From NCBI GenBank assembly GCA_964187785.1, contig OZ076409.1, forward strand, positions 59,150,001 through 59,214,000: a stretch of 64,000 nt of DNA. The letters run 5' to 3'. Position numbers and translations under genes: made by a program. The notes beneath the pieces were generated by a model. It did no database searches. It was not told the DNA's origin and saw only the letters and a program-made list of their open reading frames with translations. Positions 38,616 to 52,261 of the stretch are shown here, piece after piece (within the stretch, counting starts at the first letter, position 1; the number at the start of each line of letters is the position of its first letter). This stretch comes from Amphiscolops sp. MND2022. Its lineage: Eukaryota.

Positions 38616-41600
38616 TCAACAAACACTCCTACTATATTTACATGAATAGCATGCACAGCAAATATAATGTGAGCAAACGACATCAAGGTTGAAATTTTTC
38701 ATCATCAAGTATTCTTTCACAACACGTATATTTTCCGGATCAAACCCAGTAATTATCTTATGGCGATATAAAACGTTTGCCATTTCAGCCGCTCTGGAGA
38801 AGAATGATTTCTGATGAGCCACTGAGGAATATTTGCAGGTGAATAGGCTAGTAGCTTGACATCTGAAATCACGATCATACACACGAAAGTCAATATGAGC
38901 AGCAAAGTCATACAAATATTGTTGGCAGATCATTTTGGAAATCATCGAAAATGTAAGTAGCTCAATTCGATAACAGAGAGGGAGAAGTTTGTACTTTTTC
39001 AATTGTTGTTCATATCTTTCTTTGTTGCCAAAAATCCAACGGAAACAGGATTTTTGGAAGAATTCTAATTCTTTCATTCGCGTTATATCTGGATGCCAAG
39101 CAGGGATTCCGTACAGAAGAAGTGATAAAACAAATGAAGAATACAAGTTCAACTTGGTTTTAGAGGGAGTGTTGAGAGGAATGCGATACTTCAGTGAATA
39201 GAATGCTTTGCGTGCTTTAGCAAGTTGAATCTCTACATGATTGGGCCATTTCAAGTCACTAGCTATAAAAATACCCAGGTCTTTATGCAGTTGCACATTT
39301 ACCAACGGCTGTGGTGACTTTAAGTAAACCACCGGTTTGCCAGCGAGAGGTAAACATTTGGTTTTGATTTGATTTGCTATCATGCCATTCATAATATTCC
39401 AATTTGAAAGCCTTGCCAGATCATCATGAAAATTAAGTGAATTAAATAATAATTTCAAATCATCGGCAAACAACCACGGAATTGAATCCAGAAAAATAGA
39501 AGGTAAGTCGTTGATAAAAAGGAGAAAGAGCAAAGGTCCGAGAACTGATCCCTGGGGAACTCCGTTAACAACGGTGATGGATTCAGATACATCATTGTAA
39601 ATTTTGACAGATTGAGTTCTGCCATCTAGGTAACTCGACAAAAGTGCAACGAAACTTAAATCCAAACCAAATTTGCGTAGCTTACTCAAGAGGATATTAT
39701 GGGGAACTTTGTCGAAAGCCTTTTCGTAGTCAAGATACACTGTATAAGTTACTAGACCCTTCATTTTATGGGCATGTTCAATATAATCTATCAATTGTAA
39801 GACAGAATTCTTCTTTGACTGAAACCCAAATTGTTTTGGGTGTATTTGTAGTCGCGTAAAGATATAAATGTGCCGGAAGTGAAATCCTTCGTATAGCAAA
39901 GAGCATTTCGGAAGAAGACTGATAGGGCGATAATTAACAATGAGATTTCTGGCCTCAGCTTTATGAATAGGTCTTACCAAAGCGCTCTTCCATAAGACAG
40001 GAAATGATCTTGTAAGAATTATAGAGCAGAAGAGCGGATGAAGAATAGTTGCAAAAACATCAGGACAAAGTTTTAATAGTTTAGGCGGGAAAAAATCTGA
40101 AGTTGTTGTTGCCGATTCTTTCATTTCGATTATTTTTTGACGTATTATCAGAGGATTTAGAGATGCAAGGATGTCATCCAGTTTGATTGAGTCATCAGAT
40201 TCATAGATTATAGCAGAATAATGTTGATAATTGAAGTTACTTGAGAAAAGAATATTGAATGCATTAGCAATTTCAGATCCAGTCTTTAAGCGGTTGTCTT
40301 CATGTCTCATTACCAAAGGATACATGTTCGTTTTGAGACTATTCAAAAGAGTACAACATTCAGCTAGAGTATTTGTGGAAGCTCCATTGATAAAGGATAT
40401 CCGATCAAGTTCCGCTGAGTCACTAAATTCAAGCTGTAGTTTTTCAACAGATTTAAAATTATTTTTACTAGGATTTTTGACTATTTTTCTTTTCGCTGTA
40501 TTCAGTTTGTTGAGTGCATGCATCGTGTGGGAACTATAGTAATAGGGGTTGGTAATACGCTTTTTACGTTTCTTACTGAATGAAGTCTCTATGTTGTTCC
40601 ACAAGTGATTATAGAAGTCCATCACATTGGATTTACTCGGATACGGATCAAAAGCAAAATCATTCCAGGAATTTTCAAAAGATACCAGATTTGCATGATT
40701 CAGAAAGTAATATTCCGAATAAGATAATTCAGGCTGAACAAACTTCTCAAAGTTCATAATTATGGGATAGTGGTCACTTAAATGAACCGTTTCACTAATC
40801 TGGAAAGTCAAAGGAAATGCATGTACGCCACAAAGCACATTATCAAGATTGTTACCATCACGATGAGTGCTTTTGTTCAAAATAAGGGGTGATAGTCCAT
40901 AATCAGAAAATAGGTTGAGGAACTGCTGTTCTCGGCGCTGCTGCTGTGCATTAATTTCCAGCCTGTTGAAGGCAAATTGAAATCTCCCAAAACACAAAGG
41001 GAATGAGAGTACTGATTTGAAGGATATTTATATCTAAAAGAACAGGCGGCTGCATCAAAGAAACGTTCCAGATCATTCATTGAAACTTCATAAGGACTAG
41101 GATAGGGCAAATAAACAAGAATAACTAGAAGAGCTGAATTTCCAGAAAGTTGTAATCCAACAGCTACTGCAGAATCAAATTCGTCAGGGCACAATTCTTC
41201 TGCATGAATTAAAAACGTTGACCTAACAAGTATAGCAACACCCCCACGAGGACCCTTTTTTCGATCATTTCTAGCAAGAAGTTTGAAAGTGCCAAAGAGT
41301 GAACAACTTGAATTTTCATTGAACCAAGTTTCCGTTGAAAATATAATATCCACTTTCTCGACATTGACAAAATCCAATAATTTGCACTGCTTTGAAATAG
41401 TATCAAGACCTTGAATATTTAGTAGAAGGCATTTGGTATCAAGTTCGAGCCAATTTTTATTTTCGTCATTATTGGTATCTATTGTACCCAGAAAGCCAGA
41501 GATAGAGTCGAAGGGTTCATTGTCATTAATTTCAGTTCCAGAATAAAACAGCTTTAAGTCTCGTATTCTGAAAAATTTCCGGTCGAAGCCTGATTGGATA

Positions 41601-41845
41601 AGGTCATAACGCAACTTCAATAGAGATTTTTCTTTCTGCCGATCGGACCATTTGAGTTTAGGTTTTACGAAGACATGACTGTTCTTCAATAGGTAAGCAT
41701 TTGCCATGAGGAGTCTCTTATCGTGTTCACAGTCAAAAAGCACCTCAATAGGGCGTGGGCGCGGAGGAGGATTGACAACAGTACTTTTTCGTCCAAGTCT
41801 AGTTGAACGTTTCACGAAAATTTGTGGAATTTTCAATTTGGTCAT
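38616..41845 (-). CDS. LINE ORF1 C-terminus running into ORF2 (endonuclease + reverse transcriptase), one frameshift near 40950
   Basis: ORFs 40877-41845 and 38616-40997 overlap, and the reading frame switches after CVLGDFNLP. Confidence 0.85.
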
Positions 41846-42274
41846 CTAATCAGAAACAGTTTTGTTGTCATCTTGGTTTTCCTCTACATTGTAGAAGACA
41901 ACTGATTTCGAAGCAACAATGTCGTGATCACGTTCTTCAAGGGACTTTCTGAACAATGAATCGAAATTCACACTGGGATTATTGTTGCACGAAACTTCAG
42001 ATTGGGGCAATTGATTGTCAGGTTTACTGAGGTTGTTGAAAGCAGATGTAAGAGCATTAAGCGTAGCGTTTTTTTCTCGGAATTGTGTTATGGCTTCCCT
42101 CAATAAACAAAGCGCGTCCTCCTTTTTTAGGTTGGAACAGACAGAATCTAGCGAGGCTTCACTTCCAACGAGCTCGGCAATAGTAGGATAGTGGTATTTC
42201 TTCTGATTTGATATCGCACGACTCGTGTCGACATCAGATTGGGAACCACCACGGCGGTTCCCCGAATTTGACAT
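41846..42274 (-). CDS. LINE ORF1 N-terminal part (ends at an in-frame stop)
   Basis: YPTIAELV..KKEDALCLLREAITQFR matches YPTISELL..KKDTLVCILREAIAQLR at 54211-54441. Confidence 0.75.
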   Translation of the reverse strand: MSNSGNRRGGSQSDVDTSRAISNQKKYHYPTIAELVGSEASLDSVCSNLKKEDALCLLREAITQFREKNATLNALTSAFNNLSKPDNQLPQSEVSCNNNPSVNFDSLFRKSLEERDHDIVASKSVVFYNVEENQDDNKTVSD

Positions 42275-42735
42275 ATTCCACTGAAAAACTATTTAATATA
42301 TTTGTTTCGGTTTCTAGTCGGCTCTCCGTGAGTGAGTATTTTTGACCTTCGGTTACGTCATTGTGTGGCCATCATGACGTCTTTCTGGAGTCCACGGTAT
42401 GACCATATTCGGTTACTCACTCAACCCTTCCCCCCCCGCTTATAATACTACGTACTTTTACTACTTAGGTAACCAAAAGCATTTTAGACGCCGTTTTCTT
42501 ACGTATATAGGACAAAACACAAATTTAAGTCCATAGTATCTAATATAGAAAAAACTAAAAAGAATCACGAGATGTTGGGACCATTCGTCGACTTCCCCGA
42601 GAAAGCACCATATCTCACGAAGAAGTAGTCAAACAGTCAGAAAACAAGAGAGAATATCAGAAATTTGTACTGCTGAACTGTCCATTGCTTCAACACTCAT
42701 TAACTAAGTTAGAACTTTTTATGAGTAGCTTCGAT

Positions 42736-42935
42736 NNNNNNNNNNNNNNNNNNNNNNNNNNNNNNNNNNNNNNNNNNNNNNNNNNNNNNNNNNNNNNNNN
42801 NNNNNNNNNNNNNNNNNNNNNNNNNNNNNNNNNNNNNNNNNNNNNNNNNNNNNNNNNNNNNNNNNNNNNNNNNNNNNNNNNNNNNNNNNNNNNNNNNNNN
42901 NNNNNNNNNNNNNNNNNNNNNNNNNNNNNNNNNNN
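42736..42935. other. Assembly gap (200 N)
   Basis: Run of N. Confidence 1.
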
Positions 42936-43099
42936 GGAAGGATTTGTGGCATTGCAGTTTGTTCACATGATATTTTACTGCTGTGGAGGTGGTGCCCCTA
43001 AAGCGCTAGTTTTCGTGTACTTGTTCAGAAGTTTTTCAGGGATTCGCAGTCTTTTTCGTTGTGGTTATTTAAAGTAGTGTACTTCTGGTCGAAACACTT

Positions 43100-46025
43100 C
43101 ATAAAACTTGCGAACAAAAAAAGTGATAAGCATCTTGTTCTGATTGTTGACAGGGGATTAGTGGAGATTCAGCCTTCCACATTTTCCACGAATATTCAGC
43201 TAGTGTAAAAGAGTTACCAAGTATGGGCTCGCATATTCTGATTGCAGGATAAGGTAGGCCGTATAACAGAGGGCTGCATGAATTTACCGTGTGTTTTGTT
43301 TCGGGTAGGTATGATAGGATGCCGTTGTTTCGTGCACACAAGCACCTTCCTCGCCATCATTGTTGGGTGTAATTTACGATATCATCTCTGGTGTAGTTTG
43401 TCAATTTGACATCATTCATAAACTTTCGGAACTTCAGTAATTTGTTTTCTAGAGAGGCTGATTTGCGTTTTTTTTTCTAATCCGTCATTTGATTTCTATT
43501 CCGTCATTATGAAGTCGATTTGAGGGCAATCCTAGAAGTACTTCCCAAGTGTTTGAATTTTGTGTCCAACTATGTTTGAAAACAGATCTATTAAAATGCT
43601 GCTGGATTTTGAAACCAATGGTCTTGTTCTGTTCAATCCAAATAGGTGATGCGTACATCAACTGGGGAATGATAAAAGTTTTGTAAAGCCTCAGTAGGGT
43701 TGGAATTGAAAAGCTCCACTTTGAGCTACCAACTCGTGAGATCCTGTCCCAGCTCCCTTTCACTTTCTCACACAGTCTTTCAGAGTATTCTTTACTCTGT
43801 AATTCAGTTAATTGTCTTTTGTGAGTCCTAATCATTTAGTTGCTCGTTTGACTACACATAGTTCATTGTTAAGGGTCAGTGCTGTGAAAGAGTTTTCGTT
43901 CACAATCATTAGGATTAGTTCAGTTTTTGATCCATTGACACCCATTCTCCATTGTTTGCACCTATTTTAAATGTTTCGGCAAGAATGTCGTACCTTAGAT
44001 ACTAAGCCATCAGTAACGGATCTCTGGAGGAGGATCGCAATGTCATCTGCGAACTTAAAGTGGCATGGTTTTGTGTCTAGAAAGTCTATTAGATAAATTA
44101 TGAACAACAGTGGTGACAAGACACTGCCTTGCCGAATTTCAATATGTAATTTGAATGTAGGCGCTTTGTAAACAGGCAATACAATGTTGTCTTCGCGGGT
44201 TTTCAGAAATGTTCTCAAGGTAGAGAATTTTTTACCGGTGATATTGTTTTTCGTCAGTTAGAAAGCAGACCATCAATCCAAACGCTGTCAAAAAGACAAA
44301 AACTTTTTCCAGTTCAATAAAAAGTAGGGCAAGGGGTTTCTTTGATAATTTTGCTTTTTCAAGATTCAGGTGCAGTCGAGAGACAGATCTAAGTGTGTTT
44401 CGGCTTCTGTGGAAGCCTTCTTGTTCTGTTGATTGTAGATTATTGGTCTCAAGGTGGCTACTGACACCCGTACAAAGCATCCGTTCGAAAAGCTTGCCAA
44501 AGTGACTCGAAATAGTTAGTGGTGGGTAGCTTGAACAATCAACGTATTTTGGTTTATTTGGTTTGCGGATGCATATCACTCGTGATTGGGTCCATGGCCA
44601 AACCGCTTCGTTCCAACATTTATTGAAGATTTCCAGAAAAAAAGGTCCTGCTGTAGATGCCAAGTTTCTTCATCAACTGGATATGGAATTCGTCGGTGTC
44701 AGAGGAACTTGTACTAGGCCATTGCTTCAATGCGTCATTCAGTTCTTCTGAAAAGACGTCTTGGAAATTTTCCATATCGTGCTCTCCAATCTTTTCAGGT
44801 TGTTGGAGGAAAGAATTTGTTGTCTTATCCATGGACTCGTCGAAAGTTTGTTTATGTAAATGCTTGCCTTCAAAGATTGTTTCCTGAAATTCTTTACTGA
44901 TGTTCGACATAGTGTAGAGATTTTCTCCATAACTGTTTCTGATTATCCCCACATTTGGCTTGTTTTCATTAAAGAGCTTCTTGTATGACATCCAAAAATC
45001 TTTGTCACGTTAATATCCCAGATTGAGAAAGTATTTATTCATCCAATTTGATGCTTTTTCACTCAGAAGCGTTTTGAAACTTTCCTTAGCCTGGTTAGGT
45101 GTGGTCTATTGCCTGTATTTGGAGTTGTATCTAAACTTTCTCCTCAAGTTTCTCAGCTCTTTGCTGGCACGTGTCCTGACACCAGAACGGTTTACTATGA
45201 TTTGTATTTGTTTGTTTGGTATACACAGTTTAGTCGCACTTTCAGTGATCTTTTGAAGTATTCCCACATGCTGGATGCATCTGGTTTCTCTTCAGAAAAG
45301 TACAAATGTTTTGTTTTCCATGTGGTATGTCCATTCATCCCAGAGAGCTTTCTCGATCCATGGTTTCTAGCTTACTTTAAAGTTAACAAATTTTTGCAGT
45401 GTTAATTTCACAGGAAAATTTTCACTCGAAGGTGCACAAGTGAAAATGTCGGTTTCTTCGTCGATTGTTAAGTTCCAGTTGTATTTGTTGATGAAATTGC
45501 TGCAGCAAATGCAGAGATCCATAACGCTATATCCTTTGATCGAGCTGAATGTTGGTTCTCCGTCGTTCTAGATGCTAAATATGGGTAGAATATTAATGAG
45601 GTCATGTCCGAGTTGAGTGCAGAAGTGATCGCACCAATAGAAATGTCAGGCATTGCAGTCACCAAAGAAGATAACTCTATCTAATCTGTTTGCGTCAACA
45701 TACTTTCTGCAGACATCGAGACCTTGAATTAGGCGCTGAAGTTCATCTCTGTTGTCCGGCTTCACGTATGTAGTTGTCACTAACGCTCTCAGCCCCACAG
45801 TTATGAAAACGACGAGATTATAGCTGTTGCTATTTTCTAATTCCTCCATTCTAGAGAATGATGAGCCATTTCGGATTAAATTTACGACCTCGCCCGCAGA
45901 ATGAGTTGAAAATTTGCTTAAAGTCACGTAGTTGGTGAAACTGTTTTCTTCTATACTTTTTTACAGTTTCGTTGAGAATAATGACTTCGGGTTTACATTG
46001 GTCTAGGTATCGGTCAATTGCAGTT
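43100..46025 (-). mobile_element. Decayed non-LTR retrotransposon (EN+RT, I/Jockey-like group)
   Basis: FFGDCNA; WPWTQSRVICIRKPNK..SSYPPLTISSHFGKLFERM; RQGSVLSPLLF; FADD. Confidence 0.8.
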
Positions 46026-46034
46026 TTCCTGTGG

Positions 46035-47613
46035 TCCCAATTAGAACCAGAAAACTATCAACCAAATTTTATAACATGTCTGTTTGCAAAAATATTTGAG
46101 AACCTATTGAAAAACAATGCGAATTTTCACCAATGACAAAAATCTATTCATTAAAAAACAAATCGGTTTCACTAAGGGTACTCTACAGTAAATGATCTCA
46201 TACATACCGTTGAATCAATCCGGAACAACATTTTTGATAACAAATATGTAATAGCACCCTTCTTAGATCTATCTAAAGCGTTTGACTCCCTGCCACATAA
46301 AAATTGATTAAACGATCGGAAAATTTAGGGTTTTCAAATTCGGCTCGTCGGTTTCTGTCAAGTTTTCTTCAAAACAGTGAATGACGTACCAAAATAAAAA
46401 ACATACTCTGCGATACTACCGCAACGAGGAAGTCCTCAACGGACAATTCTTGGTTCACTTTTCTTCTTGCTATACATTAGTGATCCTCCAGACATATTAT
46501 TGTAGACACAAATTGCATCTTTTATGCAGATGACACAACAATATATGAATCACATACTTCCCTAGTGGAATGCAAAGCCTCGCTCGAGCAAATATTGCAA
46601 GGATAGTTTCCTACTTCAAAACGAAAAAACTGAAACTCAACGTCGCCAAGATTAAATTAGTTGTCTTTCCGAAAAAAAATCACTCAATAAAATCTCACAA
46701 ATAAATATCGATGGACAACTAATCAATTGTTTAGATAGCGCAAAGGGTTTGGGAGTAATGTTACACCATAATCTGATTTTCCATGATTATATAAATACAA
46801 TGCTACGCAATACGAGCGCTGGAATTCGAACAATTAAATAGTTTGCTGCACCATACCACTTGAATCTCGTATAGCCCCGCTAAAGGTTTTGGTTTTGTCT
46901 CATTTACAATATTCGATGAACCTCCAAACAAAAACTATAGTCATTACTCATCCGAATGAAACAAATTGACAAGCAACTAAAATGGGTATGAGAGTAAGTG
47001 TCTTCAGAAGATAAAAGAAGAGAAACAACTTTCCCTCACTAAGCATAGCAGAAACAATTGCTAGCAGAATGCTGTCTTTTGTATTATCAAAAATACTCTC
47101 TCAACCAACTGTTTGCATTTAAGGACCAAGTAAATTTCCCAAATCAATTGCACTGTAACCAACAGAACCAAAACTCGAAAACTGTAGAGCAATGCTGTAT
47201 CAAATACCGAATGTTCTTTTAGAAAATTCAACGATGTTCCATTTCCACTGTGACAACTTGACAAAAGTAAAAACTTTGCTCGAAACTTTCAAAACACTTA
47301 CTGAAGACATACAAATAGCAGACCGATCGAATAACATGTAATAAACAAAGTAACTGTTCATCCCATTATTTTTAATTCATAAAATTATGTAAAAAATTAT
47401 ACAATCATGAAACAACCAGGTAACAATGTTCTCCATAAATGCCAATCAAATTTTATATAAATTACACTTTTCGCCTAACAGTTTTTGTATAACTGATATC
47501 AAACCGAAATGAAAGTGTTTCTCCTTTTCCTCCTCCTCTTCCTCCTCCTCCTCCTCATCCTCCTCCTCCTCCTCCTCCTCCTCCTCCTCCTCCTTCTCCT
47601 TCTCCTCCTCCTC
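46035..47613 (+). mobile_element. 5'-truncated decayed CR1/L2-type LINE with (TCC)n tail at 47521-47613
   Basis: Manual translation gives LEPENY, FLDLSKAFDSLPH, TILGSLFFLLYISD and FYADDTT, followed by a CT-rich microsatellite. Confidence 0.75.
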
Positions 47614-48460
47614 CAAATTGCAGAGAAACCTCATTAATTGGCGGAGGATGAGAGTTTTCTCAACGATTGCGCAAAAGAGCGTTTTTCGGCACTGTGCATT
47701 TTTTCGAACAGTTCCCTTTCTGTTAAGTGGTATTCCTCCACTTTTAAAGTTTTATGTTTGAAAAATGTTTCTTGATGTCTCCTTTGGTTTTTTCGGTACC
47801 ATAAGAATTTTCCCGAATTTCAGATAAAATATGTTGTTTGTTTCTAGTTGGAGAAAAATTGGTTTTCGAGTCTTGTCTATGCCTTCGGGTGTTTTTTGAC
47901 ACTGAAAAAATGATTACATGTTGATAGTCTGAGCATATTTTCAAAACTTGGCGCTTTTTGAGCCTCAGTGTAACACCGAACACCGAACCGAGAAGCCCTC
48001 CTGATGTTCACATAAAAGGCACGCTAATTCTTTTCTTGTGGTTTACGAGTTCAGTGGTTCCACTCATGTATGTGTGCGAGCAAGACCTGCAAAAAGCAGA
48101 GCACTTAACACAAAATGGCTGTTGAAGACTTGACCAGCGAGGAAAGAAAAGGAATCACCTAAAAGTGCAAAATACGAAAAAAAACTCGCTGCCTTATTTG
48201 TTTTTAGTGGTTCTAAGAAACGAAGTTTTACGTGTTAGGCACAACTTATCTGGATGAAATGCTGTCATAAACGAGGTGCATGAAATAGGAATACAGACGG
48301 GTGAAGAGAAGTGCAGATGGTGCAATAGTGGGCACACAGACGGTAAATGCATAATGGTTGTGACGTTGGAAGTTAAAATCCCCAGTTTTGGTAACGAATT
48401 TAGATGTCATCATCATTTTGCTTTTTGATTCTCCACTTCCTTCAGATTGATTCTTCAACA

Positions 48461-51400
48461 GAAGAAGAGAAGAAGAAGACTTGAATTATGTTCATCAAAA
48501 CATAACTAGAATGCACCAAATATCACATTTAACAACAATAGCATTTCAGGAAACGAGCACAAGCGTTTCTATCAAAAAAATTTAAGAATTAGCAACAAAA
48601 AATTTTCTTTAGTTCTTTTTTGACTTCATATTTGCTCAGCTCAATGTTTAAAGCATAATTTGCATAAAGGAAATTCGCTAATCTCGTGCATCTCGTGACG
48701 GAAATTCTTTCGGTAATTTGCAATCTGTTTGGTTTTTGTTGTATGAAGTGTGTCGTGGGACGAAAGTTGTAGTTGAACCTGTCTTTTCGCACATCGAACA
48801 GGTCATAAATGTTCAGACTGGAATTTGAACTCATCCTTTAATGCTCGAAGATGATATCAGAGAGCTGAAACAAAAGCTAAATTGGCAAAAGATTCAAATT
48901 ATTCAAGCATCTTTTATTCGCAAGATATCCCCCTGGTAACAGAGATTTGAAACTTTTATAGCTTCTCAATATTTGTCTTATTTGGGAACCAGATTTGAGA
49001 GCCAGACATTAGGAATGGTTGAATTTAGGTTTTGTAGGCACGAGCTTTTTGTTGACTTGAGATACGCTTTGGAAGACTTCTTTTGAGATTGATAGAACGG
49101 CCGTAGGCATTATGTATTCTTTTTTCGATTTGAGGGGTCCAGGAGAGGGTTGAAACAAAAAGGATACCAAGATCTTTGACCGGTTCGAAAGTGAATGAAA
49201 CCTCTTCTTCCTCGAAGACTACTATTGGTTGTGCCTTTACATCTGGCTTTTTCTAAGAGAACCATATCAGCTTCGCATGCATTATCAGCATTAAAAACCA
49301 TTTTATTTCAAACGTCCGATCATGTAGTCGAAGAAGATCATTTTGAAGTTCCTTAACGCATTTCGTTGTTATCTTTGTATCATCTGCAAATATGTGAACG
49401 TGAGAATTTGTGCTGCATTCTGGTAAATCATTTATAAAAATAATGAAAAAGAAAGGCCCTATCGAGTATTGTGAGACTCCACTCGTAACATTTTCAAACT
49501 CTGAGGCATAATCATTGACGATAACCTGCTCTCTCTGATTTTGACGACCTTAGCAACTTTAACAAGTTACCACCAAAGCAGAATGTTCGTAGTTTCTTCA
49601 GAAGTTTTCGATGACATACTCTTTCGAATGCTTTTGAAAAGTCCAGGTACAAGGTATAAAAATCTTCTCTATTTTCAAAAGCGTCCTGAAGAAGTTTTAA
49701 CTGGACACATGTTGGTTATTAAAAATTTGAGACACCACAGTTGGATACGGCTTTGAGAACAGTAATCTCTCAAAGCAAAGGGACAGTTTGATAGACTGGC
49801 AACGGGGCAATAGTTTGCAATGTTCTTTGTACTGCCTTTTTTGGATGGGTTTAATATTGATCAGCTTCGAGGATTCCGGGTATTCGGAGGTTGAAATTAT
49901 ATGCTGTACCAACTTCAAAAAGTGAACACTCAGGTTGTTAGTAACTGCACGGATAACATGACCAGGAACTTCATCAAGCCCAGTTCCCAGACTACAATTC
50001 GACAACGTTTCTTACACTTCATTAATTTTGATTTTCATGGAGTTGTAAGTTGCCTCTGAGTAATCACATACTTCTTGAGCTTCGTTATTCACAAATTGTG
50101 CACAAAAAGTCGTCTAACGCAGAAGCTTTTTCCTTGTTGTCTATGAATTTTTCGTCTTCTCTCACCATTTCATCAGGATATGACGAAGACGTTGTTTTCA
50201 ACTACCGTATAAGTTTGTAGATCTGATTTACCCCATTGTGAGAAAACAATTTGTATCAAGTACAATTGAATGTAACAGTTCGGTCTTCGCAGTGATGAAA
50301 TCAGTGTTCGAACCCAATGATAATTTAGACATTGTTTTCAGTTTCTTTAGTAGATGTAAAGCGTGTGAACTATTTTATGCTGGCACGGCACTACGCGACA
50401 ATCTTTTGAAAGGTATAGAAGAATACAAAATGGAATAAAAGTTCTGCATCCAGTTGCTAGGGTAGTTATAAAAGTCAGAAAAAAATGAATAGAAAGAGCT
50501 GGCCAATTTTTCATTGACAATTGATATCGGGGAAAAATTCCCAGAAAGATTTCGGTTGATTTTTCTATTTGATAAGATCTTTGGCCTTTAATTTTTATTC
50601 TATGAGGAACTGATCAGATATTGGTAATTGTTCAACGCTGAATTCAACTTTTTCACGAGAAATGTTGTTGATGAACGCCAAATCAAGAGTAATTCCCAAT
50701 ATGTGGGTTGGTTCATCATTATTTGTAGAAATTGTTAAAAACGAGAAAGTTAAAGGCAGTTGGAGTTTCCTTTATGGGACTCTGCAGGAAAGGTTGTCCA
50801 TTTCACTGAAGGAATTTTGAAATCACCAAGAATTCGTATATATTTTGTTGTCTTCCAAGAGTATTTGTCCAGGCAACATTTTATGAAGTTTAGCAGTGTT
50901 TCATCTGATATTCTGTATGGGTTTTTTCTGAAGGGTTGTAAATAACTATTGTTAGAAATGCACCCGAAATCATGGCACAACCAAATTCTGATATCAGAAG
51001 ATATTCTGGTATGCGGTCAAAATCTATAAAAAAAGCTGTATTATAGCAAGTGACTTTCAGGATTTGTCTATAATTTTTAGGTCACTTGCTATAAAAAAAA
51101 CCATAGCAAGTGACCGTCTATAGTTTTCCTAAATCATAGCAAATGACGTGACCCTGCTCGTCATAGTAACGTGACCAAACTTGCATTCAATGAGCCAATC
51201 AAATTCAATAAAAGGAATACAGCACAAGCGACGAACTAATTACGATAACGTAGTCGGATATGTTCACATACCCCTAGTGCCCTAAATGCAGGAGCGAAGC
51301 AAAGCGGAGCGACGTGCCATATAGCCATGCCTCAATGATGCTACTTGGCGAAGGGAGCGAAGCGACCGCGCCATACAACAAACATGCTAACTTCTTCATA

Positions 51401-52250
51401 TTATAACCTGAAAATAATCGCTGCAATGGAATTCTTTCGACGCTTTGAATAGCTTTAAATTTTTCGAAGGTTTGAATATTCTACGATTTGAATAGTCACC
51501 ATATCAGGTCACTTGATATAATATTTTAGGTCACTTGTTATATTCTATATTATAGCAAGTGACCTGTCTATTTTTTAAGCAAGTGACCTGTGTATATTAT
51601 AGCAAGTGCACATTATAGCAAGTGACTTGTAGCCGAAATTATGTAGCCTTGTATCTATCATTTGCAAAATGGCACACCTCCGCGTTTTGCTAGAGTTCTA
51701 TCAGCTCGTGTTAATGTAGGTGGTTTGTCATCTATAACAACTACTCTCGGTACATTTGAATTGAACCATGTTTCTTTTGAAAGAAGGTTATCGGCGTATT
51801 GAGAGAAGAACTCTTGACTTAAAGTTATCCGCTTTTCAAGATCAAGCAACACTTGAATATTGCAATATATAAATGTGTGAGTCTCCAATCATTCTAACTT
51901 GGCCTAATTTCCATCTTTTTGCAGTTTGAGGTTTTTGATTTTTAAACAGTCTTCGAAATCTCTTGGCTAATTAGATACCGCTTTCTCAGCGTTTTTCGTT
52001 CAATTTCGAGATCTTCTTTGGAAAACGCTGGATAACTAGGACATTATAGGGCACATAAAGTTTCGCTTGTACTGCCTTATGTACTAGTAGTCTGGCTTCC
52101 CGAGGTGAATTTAGCGTACCCAAAATCTTCCGATTCCTTTCTTCAATTTTTTCCCAAATCTACGAGAGTCTTCGGGGACAGCGGTTGAGTCTAGTGTTTC
52201 AAAGTTTTTTTTATTTAAGTTCTATCTTGCAAACCACCAATGATTGATTT
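48461..52250 (-). mobile_element. Decayed CR1/L2-type LINE with (TTC)n tail, interrupted by a MITE-like insert
   Basis: Minus strand: YCNIQ..KETWF..RADR..RGGV (51658-51888), LGDFKIPSVKW, GPFLFIIFINDLP, HIFADD (~49385). Confidence 0.8.
51016..51635. mobile_element. MITE-like insert with TATAGCAAGTGAC repeats
   Basis: Many direct and inverted ATAGCAAGTGAC copies, CGG...CCG ends, and it splits the LINE endonuclease region. Confidence 0.6.
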
Positions 52251-52261
52251 TGGGTGGGGCA

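Larger units (their letters stand above)
38565..42296 (-). mobile_element. Near full-length CR1/L2-group LINE with (TC)n tail, inserted in the right arm
   Basis: ORF1 starts at 42274; APE endonuclease (LLNIQGL, STETW, GGVAIL, LGDFN, SDHYP) and RT (NYRPISLL, YLDYEKAFD, GVPQGSVLGP, FADD). TATA at 38561-38564 and 42297-42300. Absent from the left arm at ~22307. Confidence 0.93.
22145..42465. mobile_element. Giant foldback (palindromic) non-autonomous element with Polinton-type termini and 6-bp TSD
   Basis: Begins AGTAGTAAAAGTACGTAGT and ends ACTACGTACTTTTACTACT. TAGGTA is present at both 22139-22144 and 42466-42471. The left arm 22145-28605 is the reverse complement of the right arm 28790-42465, apart from the LINE insertion and the satellite copy number. 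Confidence 0.9.

Noticed and set aside
22145..42465. Palindrome as a long-read foldback artefact
   Set aside because: The arms differ by many substitutions and indels, satellite number and a LINE, and the unit is bounded by a TSD with unrelated outer flanks. Read-level confirmation is still desirable.
42685..43077. ORFs spanning the N run
   Set aside because: Assembly gap artefacts.
47446..47634. Poly-Glu ORF
   Set aside because: Antisense reading of the (TCC)n LINE tail.
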